From Mobula hypostoma (lineage: Eukaryota), in contig NC_086107.1 in NCBI RefSeq assembly GCF_963921235.1, forward strand, positions 46,810,001-46,874,000: a DNA stretch of 64,000 nucleotides, in the 5' to 3' direction. The stretch's first letter is position 1, and each line of letters opens with the position of its first letter. The position numbers and the translations under genes were made by a program. Shown piece after piece: positions 35,101 to 42,699 of the stretch. Under the pieces are notes generated by a model. The model was not told the DNA's origin. It ran no database searches and saw only the letters and a program-made list of their open reading frames with translations.

Positions 35101-38069
35101 TCAGCTGCTTGTAGGCCCTCGCCCCAGCAACCACCTCACCATCAATTGTAACAGAGAGCAGCACACCATACTAGTGTGTTTATGTGACACATTCCAATAA
35201 TGTTATAGATGCAATGATCATTTATTTTAAATTTAACAAAATATTAATTTTACCATTTACTCCGAATCAAGTCTCACATTGGCTGAACTGGTGTGTTTTT
35301 TTTCCCTATCGCTGTGGATAGGTAATTACAGTTGTTTAACATCTGGTTAGATGAGATAATTAGTGTTTTAAATTTCTAAGGGCTAATTTGATTTGACTAA
35401 TGTTGCATTTTATTAAACTACTATTTTTCCCTTACAATGCTGTCAAGGAAAATGACAGCAATGAAGCAACAAGTGAAGGTAAAGTGTTCATTTACTTGAA
35501 ATCCATTATTGGGGCAAAGTAGAATTTTAGATTATTACACATGAGACAAGCATTAGTATTTGGAATGGTGAATTTGAGCTGTTGTCTACAAGCTTCCAGT
35601 CCATTTCAATGGACATGTCTGATTGCTGCCTCATTTCTTGGGTGCCCATATCCAATAAACTTCCTCTGTTCTGTAGATGATAACAAGAATACACTGAAAC
35701 AGCCAAACATAGATCTGATTAAGTTTTACAAAATTAAATTTCTCACGTCATTTGTATACCAACTGTTTCTCCTGATTATATATTGTAAATATCAATGAAG
35801 TAGTCATCTCCAAACAGACACTTGAGCACCTTCTGGCGAACTACTTTTCCCTTGAGGCTCTATCATGTTGTCAACTTTTCAAATATTCTAACTTAGACTG
35901 GATTTTTATCGTAGATTCTGATGCTAACTTCCATACCTGAACATGCTTGTAATCACTTCAGGCCTCCATTTTAAAACAGGATCTCTTCCCTTCTCTTCCA
36001 CAAGGCAATGAATACTGACTCTGTTGTAAAGAATCTGGCCAAGCATGCATCCCACACTTCCATCTGATACATATTCGTGACATCTGCGTTAACACCCAAA
36101 CTCCTTTATTGCTGTATGTCTCTTCTCCTGCGAATGGGATGGAGAGAATGAGTGTGGTTCAGATCATGAAATGCTGACAAGGCAAGACGGGTAAACTGGC
36201 ATGTGAGCCACTGTGTTGAGAATTGAGGTGAGTTATAGGGAGAGGGTGAGCAGACTAGCACTTTATTGTTGGAGTATCAGTGACTGAGAGGTGATCTTAG
36301 AGGTGTTTAATATCATATGGGGCATAGTTAGGATGAATACACAAATCTTTTTTCCCACCAAAGGGTATTGAAAATTAGCAAGTATGTTAAGTGTGAGAGG
36401 AGAAACATTTTCAAGGGACCTGAGGCAGAGAATGATACATAGTATATCAAATAAGCTGCCGGAGGAAGTGTTGGAGCAGATAAAATAATAACATCTAAAA
36501 GACATTTGAACAGGTACATAGCTATGTACGTACATCTATTGATGCTTCTGGACACATCTTCAGTGATGATCCTGGAATCATCGGGTGTTTCGGGTCTTTC
36601 AACATCATACAGCCTCCTCCAGGTGACCCAGCTGGGGCTGATCAGACCCCAGCTTGTGTCCAGATGGCTAGCTACTTATGACTCCATGTCTCCCCTCTTT
36701 TGAGCCACAGCCATCTTGAGGCCCTCTCTACCGCATCGGTGGTACTGTGGATGGCTCTCCTCTTCCTCTCTCCCTCGATTTCCAAAATGCTGAAGGCTCT
36801 AACTAAAGAATGGGCTACGAATCTCCTACAACCAACCTCCACTGGGAGACACCTCACTCTCCATCCAGCCTGCTGACAGCTGCTGACCAGTCCTGCGTAC
36901 TTGGAGAGCTTCCTTTCAAAGTCCTCTTCCAAGATATCTTCCCATGGGACTGTCAGCTCCAGCAGCACCACTTGCTTAGTCAACTCAGACACTAGGACAA
37001 TGTCTGGTCACGGGGTGGTGGCTGCGATGTGGTTGGGGAACTTCAGCTGCCCTTCGAGGTCCACCAACAGCTACCAGTCCCTTGCAGAGGTCAGAATGCC
37101 TGCAGATGTTCTTTTGGCAGGTATTGGCTGCTCCCCAGCTCTGACAGAGGCAATGGTCTGCTTGGAGGGTCGAGACCGCTTCGCCCACTCAACTCTTGCG
37201 CTGACGGCTTCAGCGATGGTCTTCAGGACCTGATCATACCTCCACCTGTACCGTCCCTCACCAAGTGCCCTTGCACAGCCGCTGAGGATGTGCTTCAGGG
37301 TTCCTCGCTTGGAGCACAGTGGGCACGCAGATGACTCTGCCTTGCCCCATGTGTGCAGGTTTGATGGGCTTGGAAGCACATCGTACACTGCCTGGATGAG
37401 AAATTGGATGCGGTGTGGTCCGGCTTTTAGATAGTGTTGCAGGGATATACATTCAATGTGGGCAGATGTGTCTAACTTCCGGCATCTTGGTCAGTGTTGA
37501 TGAATTGAGACAAAGCCCTGTTCCTATGCTGTATGATTCCATGATTCTATGCCATGACAGCAGATATTTCATCTGGATGATATTCCATATCCACCCAACT
37601 GCAGTAGTTCAGGTGGAAAATGGTAATTTAGTATAAACATTTGAATTTGTAAGAATTAAGATAAGGACTTTGCAAGTGCAGTAATATATATTGACTCACA
37701 TATGTCTTTATTTTTGAAATGCCTTTAAGGTTCTCATGTTATTTCTCGTAAATTCTTTTTTTCAGCAGATGTATGGCAGAAGGTTTCAGAAATAAAGTGC
37801 CCCACAAAAAGTCCTAAAATTGGTCAACCAGTAACTCTTTCTTGCGATGTTAAAGGATGTGCCCTCGAAGAGGCTCGTATCTTCTGGTACAGACATGCTT
37901 ATCCTTTTGTGAAAAGGAGTTTGTTACAAACAAGCCATTTCAAAATGCTAGCGGTTTCACCACTGAGCTAACTTATACATCAAAAGCAAATGATAAATGT
38001 CACATCCAAGTTCAAATTGAATTTAAGTTGGAAGAACATATGAAACAGTATGACTTGATATTAATTTGA
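1778..38069 (+). CDS. NCR3LG1-like: Multi-exon B7-H6 (NCR3LG1)-like gene: V-C1-TM followed by a C1-set Ig array; 5'-incomplete (leader exon not found)
   Basis: All internal exons have AG/GT boundaries, are phase 1-1 and have lengths divisible by 3; they join in frame. Whether all post-TM exons splice into one transcript is inferred. Confidence 0.7.
2150..3140 (-). mobile_element. Degenerate CR1 LINE 3' fragments in intron
   Basis: CR1-type 3' end and ORF2 C-terminal remnants in antisense, similar to 58035-58860; boundaries approximate. Confidence 0.6.
3432..3752 (+). CDS. NCR3LG1-like: IgC1-set exon (extracellular), B7-H6-like
   Basis: tacAG|CT acceptor and GAAG|GTATGT donor; 321 nt. WCDATEFYP..IFW..DGTFNVSS..YKCTVRHQSL fits the C1 pattern, both Cys intact. 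Confidence 0.92.
4577..4687 (+). CDS. NCR3LG1-like: Transmembrane exon (EPESASTAAVGAAFVGGFVLCFPFAAGLLACWWRFRA)
   Basis: Not in the ORF track. tttcAG|AG acceptor (in-frame alternative 6 nt upstream, exon start 4571) and GCAG|GTAATA donor; 111 nt, phase 1-1; ~23 hydrophobic residues followed by RFR. Confidence 0.85.
4790..5040 (-). mobile_element. V-SINE (HE1-like) remnant
   Basis: Reverse complement contains TTTCCTCCAGGTGCTTTGGTTTCC, a V-domain-like core; similar copies at ~54030-54300 and ~60430-60780. Confidence 0.55.
5545..5780. repeat. Penelope-derived inverted-repeat remnant
   Basis: aatgctggaggaactcagcaggc... pairs with ...gcctggcctgctgagttttccacgattttgtgtg; the same ends flank the GIY-YIG element at 56535; a similar copy lies at ~6950-7130. 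Confidence 0.55.
6417..6857 (+). CDS. Post-TM C1-like Ig exon A (both canonical Cys lost, long insert)
   Basis: gactAG|TT acceptor and GGAG|GTAAAT donor; 441 nt open. VPPKI..VTWMVSSFRP..LSIQVQHQALKEPITKTLTLDVKG keeps the C1 pattern with W and I at the Cys positions. Confidence 0.8.
7276..7656 (+). CDS. Post-TM C1-set Ig exon B
   Basis: ttctaAG|TG acceptor and ACAG|GTATAC donor; 381 nt. LSCSVSGFKP..IIW..YLCSILH. Confidence 0.85.
8065..9020 (-). mobile_element. L1 LINE 3' fragment (duplicated at ~22590-23540)
   Basis: Minus strand encodes an L1 ORF2 C-terminus (KFEKT*RPFIQHFHLM*) followed by an A/T-rich 3' UTR; boundaries approximate. Confidence 0.65.
9497..9826 (+). CDS. Post-TM C1-like exon C, copy 1
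   Basis: gtctAG|TT acceptor and AGAG|GTGAAT donor; 330 nt. LSCTAYGFYP..FWFK..EFKMQFLH, with the F-strand Cys replaced by Met. Confidence 0.85.
11919..12248 (+). CDS. Post-TM C1-like exon C, copy 2
   Basis: Same splice sites; 330 nt, open. Confidence 0.85.
14386..14715 (+). CDS. Post-TM C1-like exon C, copy 3
   Basis: Protein identical to copy 2; splice sites intact. Confidence 0.83.
16853..17182 (+). CDS. Post-TM C1-like exon C, copy 4
   Basis: Protein identical to copy 2; splice sites intact. Confidence 0.83.
19320..19649 (+). CDS. Post-TM C1-like exon C, copy 5
   Basis: Protein identical to copy 2; splice sites intact. Confidence 0.83.
21942..22166 (+). pseudogene. 5'-truncated duplicate of exon B fused to a CR1 remnant
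   Basis: Near-identical to 7432-7656; donor kept but acceptor and the first ~52 codons are missing. Confidence 0.85.
24022..24351 (+). CDS. Post-TM C1-like exon C, copy 6 (chimeric)
   Basis: gtctAG|TT and AGAG|GTGAAT sites intact; 330 nt, open. Confidence 0.83.
26058..26102 (+). CDS. 45-nt mini-exon (DHTSKKDGSSKEKEE)
   Basis: Polypyrimidine tract ttctttttttacctacAG and GAAG|GTAAAG donor; phase 1-1, open. Confidence 0.65.
26693..26984 (+). pseudogene. Decayed C1 pseudo-exon (EISDIKSDP..GYFPKKIKVT*YKDG..FTPAKNHG..KLHLQG)
   Basis: Homologous to exon C; Trp codon changed to TGA, frameshifts, acceptor replaced by CR1 sequence. Confidence 0.7.
26990..27640 (-). mobile_element. Rex1/Babar-like non-LTR 3' fragment (also ~29750-29990, ~31245-31890)
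   Basis: Minus-strand YKYLGVHLDNRLEWS..LRRL motif (ORF track 29832..30038 for the sister copy). Confidence 0.65.
27914..27964 (+). CDS. 51-nt mini-exon (DSDSARTEGSRSSSFSK)
   Basis: tttttacctacAG acceptor and AAAG|GTACGT donor; phase 1-1, open. Confidence 0.55.
30298..30342 (+). CDS. 45-nt mini-exon (DHTSKKDGSSKEKKE)
   Basis: Duplicate of 26058-26102 with intact splice sites. Confidence 0.62.
30946..31240 (+). pseudogene. Decayed C1 pseudo-exon, copy 2
   Basis: Duplicate of 26693-26984 with the same TGA at the Trp position. Confidence 0.7.
32169..32219 (+). CDS. 51-nt mini-exon (DSDSARTKGSRSSSFSK)
   Basis: Duplicate of 27914-27964; AAAG|GTACAT donor. Confidence 0.52.
33972..34258 (+). pseudogene. 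Decayed C1 pseudo-exon, copy 3
   Basis: EISDIKSDPELLQAK*..VTWYKDG..FTPAKADHGSCIKYEVVH..EFKLRLRG; stop and frameshifts, Trp retained. Confidence 0.7.
34260..35150 (-). mobile_element. Rex1/Babar-like fragment with a nested CR1 3' end
   Basis: ORF 34922..35164 has YKQLRLHLDDRLEWSTNT..LRRLRSFG; a CR1 tail sits at ~34480-34720. Confidence 0.65.
35437..35478 (+). pseudogene. 42-nt mini-exon remnant ((D)AVKENDSNEATSE) lacking its acceptor G
   Basis: Context matches the other mini-exons and the donor GAAG|GTAAAG is intact, but cttacAG reads cttacA. Confidence 0.55.
36530..37510 (-). mobile_element. 5'-truncated RLE-type non-LTR retrotransposon (HERO-like, R2 superclade)
   Basis: CPLCSKRGTLKHILSGC zinc knuckle, GRYRW, then PDIVLVSE..LLELTVPWE..RKLSKY restriction-like endonuclease; inserted inside a CR1 3' remnant. 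Confidence 0.8.
37769..38069 (+). CDS. Terminal C1-like exon D with a 1-nt frameshift at 37905-37908
   Basis: ttttttcAGcAG acceptor (alternative start 37766). DVWQKVSEIK..VTLSCDVKG..IFWYRHAYPF, then in the next frame CEKEF..GFTTELTY..KQYDLILI*; as assembled it stops at TAA 37969-37971. Confidence 0.7.
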
Positions 38070-38144
38070 ATTTATATAGTATTTTCTGGAGAAGTGAGCA
38101 TGGAATCCTTTTTAATTGAAGACTGTACTTCAATTATAACTGAG

Positions 38145-38150
38145 AATAAA
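38145..38150 (+). terminator. Candidate polyadenylation signal
   Basis: AATAAA 76 nt after the stop of the last exon. Confidence 0.45.
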
Positions 38151-38599
38151 ATAATTTACTGTCAACTTCATTGTTCTTTTGCAGTTTACCATCCAGTATC
38201 CATTCACCATTCTGATTGGTAAATTAGTCCAGTTTAGTTAACGTACTGTTTATTTAAGTCACAAAAGTTGCATAATTGTGAGGCAGACATTGATTTAGTT
38301 GTAGGTGTAAGGAGAAATTAATTGAGGATCCAGATGTGTCCCAAGAGCTCATGTACAGTAGGAGTTGTCTGATCTGACACATTAAGCCACTATGATGTAA
38401 TTGTGTCGATCTGCTGGACAAATCCATGAATCATTTATTACAGTTAAGTTGAGCTCTTATGCCATTTGCACAAAAGTGTGACTACTATTAGTGCATTTAC
38501 GGAACAATGCCTCTCTCCTCCCTTTGCCCCAGCTAATCAGGTAGATCAGATGCATTGATCAATTTTGTAAATTTTCTAGAAACACAACAAAATGCTAGA

Positions 38600-39230
38600 G
38601 GATCTCAGCAAGCTGGGCAGCACCTGTTGAGAGGAATGAAGGGGCAATGCACACAGGAATCAAAAACATACAGAGCACAGGTTTAACGTGAGAGGGGAAG
38701 AGTATCAAAGAGACCTGTGGGACAGTCTGATACTTGTACAATAAAAACATTTAAGTGTTTGGATGAGTACCTGGAATGGAAGGTTTTAAAGGAATATCAT
38801 GGGCAAGAGGATTCTCGAAAAAAGATTTACAAGCTTCCAGTAATTGTCCCTCCTTCATTGTTTCCTGCCTCCCTCCCCCTTTAGAAATTCCCCAATCCCG
38901 TTTCCCTTTCTCACCTTATCCCCCTTACCTGCCCATCCCCACCCTCCGGTACTCCTCCCCCTTCCCTTTCTTCTATGGTCTTCTGTTCTCTCCTTTCTGA
39001 TTTCCCCTTCTCCAGCCCTTTATCTCTTTCACCAACCAACTCCCCAGCTCTATACTTCACCCCTCCCCGACTCCGTTTCACCCATCTCCTACCACTTTGT
39101 ACTTTTTCCTCCCCTCCCCCAGCCATCTTACTCGGATCTCTTTTTTTCCCCATTCTTGATGAAAGGTCTCAGCCAGAAACATCAGCTGTTTACTCTTTTC
39201 CATAGATACTGCCTGGCCTGCTTGCATCTT
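38600..39230. mobile_element. Penelope-like 3' remnant with a nested CR1 piece
   Basis: Pyrimidine-rich tail and end motif shared with 56535-57425; boundaries approximate. Confidence 0.5.
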
Positions 39231-41039
39231 CAGCCCTTCATTATTACAAGGTTTTAACATTTTAGAACTAATGTTAAGGTCGTTGGAATTCAGCCAGCCC
39301 TTCATTATTACAAGGTTTTAACATTTTAGGTTGTAACAATCCCTGTCGTATGCAGAACCCCTTTTCTGTCTTTAAATGTTACTATTATAAACCAGAAAGG
39401 GGATTTCTGCAATCCAGCATTATCGCACCAGAAAGCTTGATTGCATCAAAGAATTGTGTACTGTTTACTGAGAGGTGTTTTCATTTTTAAAGCGCTTTAG
39501 CCATCAGTAATTAAATATTAGACTCTCTGTATGTGAACACATTTGAAGGTGATAGATAAATGTTCTATATTAACATAATTTTTAAGATTTACGTGTATAT
39601 GTTATGTCAGTTTGGGCAGCAAAATTATTGAGCCTTGTTACACAAGTATATATGTAAAATGTCTAAACTTTCATGTGTTAGCCAAAGCTTAGAATCATAT
39701 CAACTAAAGCTGTGGCCCCACTATAACTGAATAATCTATGCTTGTATGCAAGTCCTGAAGTTCTCTCATTTTTACAGAGAGAGAAAGGAAACTGCTGATA
39801 AATATGATGTAGTGGGATTTGGTAGGCCATCTGGTACTTGGAAATTTCAGTGAGAAAAGGATCAAATATACCATTCACTGAGAATTATATGCTGGTTAAC
39901 AACTGGTAGTAAAATTGGATTCAGATATGGGAATAGGAAATGAGGGCTGCACCACGAGAATTGGAAGAGAAAATCTTGGATGAATTTCTGGTAGGGCAAT
40001 AAAAGCATGAATGTACATTGTATGTCATTTTTTATTGTCTCTTAAAATATATTTTCATTAAATGTATTCGAATTCTAGAAATTATAATTTGTGTATATGA
40101 ATGTGACTGCCTCCTAACAATTACATCTAGCATTTGTAAATGAATTATTGTTTGATATTAGCATTTGTCTCCAATTTGACAAACATATTCTGTTTACAAG
40201 GTCATTTCATAAGTAGGTAATAAAGACATGTTTTCAGTAAGATGGCAGTGCACTCGAGTGCAGAAGATCCACAAGGCCTTTTTTAAACTTTTTTTTTAAT
40301 GATTGCAAGGCACTGCTGGACACAAGGAACTTCAGGCACTGCAAGTCTACCCCATCAGCAAGTTGCATGTTGGCAGAGGGGCTGGATTTGGTGTGATCAT
40401 ATTGCTGCCTGCTATAGAGAGGCATTGGAATCAGTGCATGAAGGCAGTGTGCAGTCTAACAGCCAGTGATTGTCTCAGTCATTTTTCTTATAATCGCAAG
40501 CCCCTGGTGGATATTGGTAGCATGTAATGCTACAAGTCTGATTCACTGCTTTATTGGCAGGACAGACACGGGGAGCTGTGCATCCTCAGTTGTAACATGC
40601 ACTAGACCTCATGCTGTGCTGTTGCCTGTTGCAGCCGGTGGTAGTGTGCTGCTTCCAGTGCTGTGTATGACTGTTGGTACTGTGTTTTGCACCTTGGCCC
40701 CAGAGGAACACTCCCGTATCTCTTACCATAGCTTCACTCCTCTTGTATCTCAAAACTACTGCAGTCTGTCAAGTTAATCTGCCAATAATTGTACCACTCA
40801 ATCTCTTCTGGCCTTCTCCCTATCATAGAACCTCCATTTTGTTTCCTTTACTCTTTCATCCTCTGCATTTTTTTTATTACCATTAACATTTTATAGTGTT
40901 GATGAAGAGTCATCAGCTTGAAACACTAACTCAGTTTCTCCTTCCATTCTACGCCAGCGAGCCACACAGGCCAGCGGCTTTCAATAAACAGGTAAGACAC
41001 TGCAACATTCTACCCATCAAAAGCCACAACACTGATGCT

Positions 41040-41664
41040 CGGCCCAAAGGCTTGTATAACCCTCATGGGCGCCTCGCTATACTACACACAAAACATAATA
41101 ATAATACCCAAAACTAACAATCAACCAGTTACTACCCAGTGAGAGTAGTCCACCAGCCTCCCAGTGCTCCAAAAACCATCTGGGGAGTAGTAGTTATGAA
41201 GCTGGACCCCTACTTTCCTGATCTTATTTACTGAATGCTGGATATGATCAGCCAGGTGAGTAATGTTCCCAGACTCATTGGGGATGTAGGTGCAGCATTT
41301 CTGACCAATCACAGCACAGCTGTCACCCATCACTGCAAATAGGTAGTCCAAGGCCATGGGATTTTGCAAGGCCACCAGCTGAACAGGCATCAGTTCAGCT
41401 GACACTTTGCTCAGTGCACCCTCTGTAGGTTTGAATGCTGAGGCTGTCCCATTGGTAGTGTCTCCATGAGAAAAGCCATGCGTATCAGTTGCCAGGACAG
41501 CCTGGTTGTACCATACAGGGGAAAGGCTATCAGACATCCCACCCTGCAAAAACTCATTTGAGGGAGATAGCACCACCATTCCCATATTCCCCCCCCCCAC
41601 CCCGGGTCGACCTCCAGGGCGCATGTATATGGGACATTTGATTATGAAAGAGCACAACAATTTA
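41040..41664 (-). pseudogene. Endogenous retrovirus env relic (TM subunit)
   Basis: LQNPMALDYLFAVMGDSCAVIGQKCCTYIP is an immunosuppressive domain plus CX6CC; the anchor VVTG*LLVLGIIIMFCV* is broken by a stop; the 5' part runs into an N gap. Confidence 0.85.
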
Positions 41665-41811
41665 NNNNNNNNNNNNNNNNNNNNNNNNNNNNNNNNNNNN
41701 NNNNNNNNNNNNNNNNNNNNNNNNNNNNNNNNNNNNNNNNNNNNNNNNNNNNNNNNNNNNNNNNNNNNNNNNNNNNNNNNNNNNNNNNNNNNNNNNNNNN
41801 NNNNNNNNNNN
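41665..41811. other. Assembly gap (N run)
   Basis: 147 N. Confidence 1.
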
Positions 41812-42699
41812 TGACAATCTCAATGCTAATGCAAATAGCTTTTCTATTTCTTTTGCAAACTTTCCTTGTACTGTGATGTGGCTCTGCTGAAAAGAACTGT
41901 GAAATACTTGAGCAGCCTTCCCTGCGATTACTCTCTGTAATACGTTGTGGTCCCTAAAAGAAATAAAAGCATAAGGTGTATCCTTATTATACTGTCTTAT
42001 GTAATACTTTGTTTAGTGATTTTGTCTAATCTGTAATCTGTAAACTGGGTATATGCAGAAAATGTGAGATTAAAATACAGTATGTACTTATATATTATCA
42101 TGGAGTCATTTTTTAATTCTATTACAACTTTCAGCACATCTACAGGGAGTTTGGCCTCACCACGTAGGACATCAATGGAGTAGCTCCTCAACAGCTAGCC
42201 AGCTAGTTTAAATAACGTTAGCTATGCTAATAAACGAATGGCACCTGTTAAACTCACCTCAACATGTCTTTTACAGTCATTTAACCCACCACGGGCAATA
42301 GAAAAGTCACTGTTGGAAACAGTGCAGCAAGCAACACTGTCATTATTTTTGACCCCTATTAGGCAGGGGTACACTTTAGTGTAGTCTGAGGTGAAGTGCA
42401 TTTTATATTTTCATTTTTTGTAACACTTTGCCATGGCGGTGCAGGACACGAAACTGAACTGATGGAGAGACAGAGGTCAACAGTAAAGCCTGCCCACAGA
42501 GAAAACTGATAGGCCTACTTAGCACAAAGAGAGACCAATCAGCATGCTCGTTCTTGCTCCTGCTCCCGCTCTCCCTCTCCCTCTCATTTCCGGGATATTG
42601 TATATAATTTGCGGGCAGCAGGGAGCTGCTATTAATATACGGGAGACTCCCGGAACTTCCAGGAGAGGTGGGATGTCTGGACTATCATTCAGGACCTTT

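Noticed and set aside
38776-39305. Pro/Leu/Ser-rich overlapping ORFs (also 57054-57464, 61063-61619)
   Set aside because: Low-complexity pyrimidine tails of Penelope-like elements.
39226-39420. ~35-bp direct repeat and an imperfect inverted repeat
   Set aside because: Small local duplication and hairpin with no supporting context.
40234-41117. Short ORFs including a hydrophobic stretch (IVSVIFLIIASPWWILVAC)
   Set aside because: No convincing splice context; the region ends in a LINE-type 3' tail.
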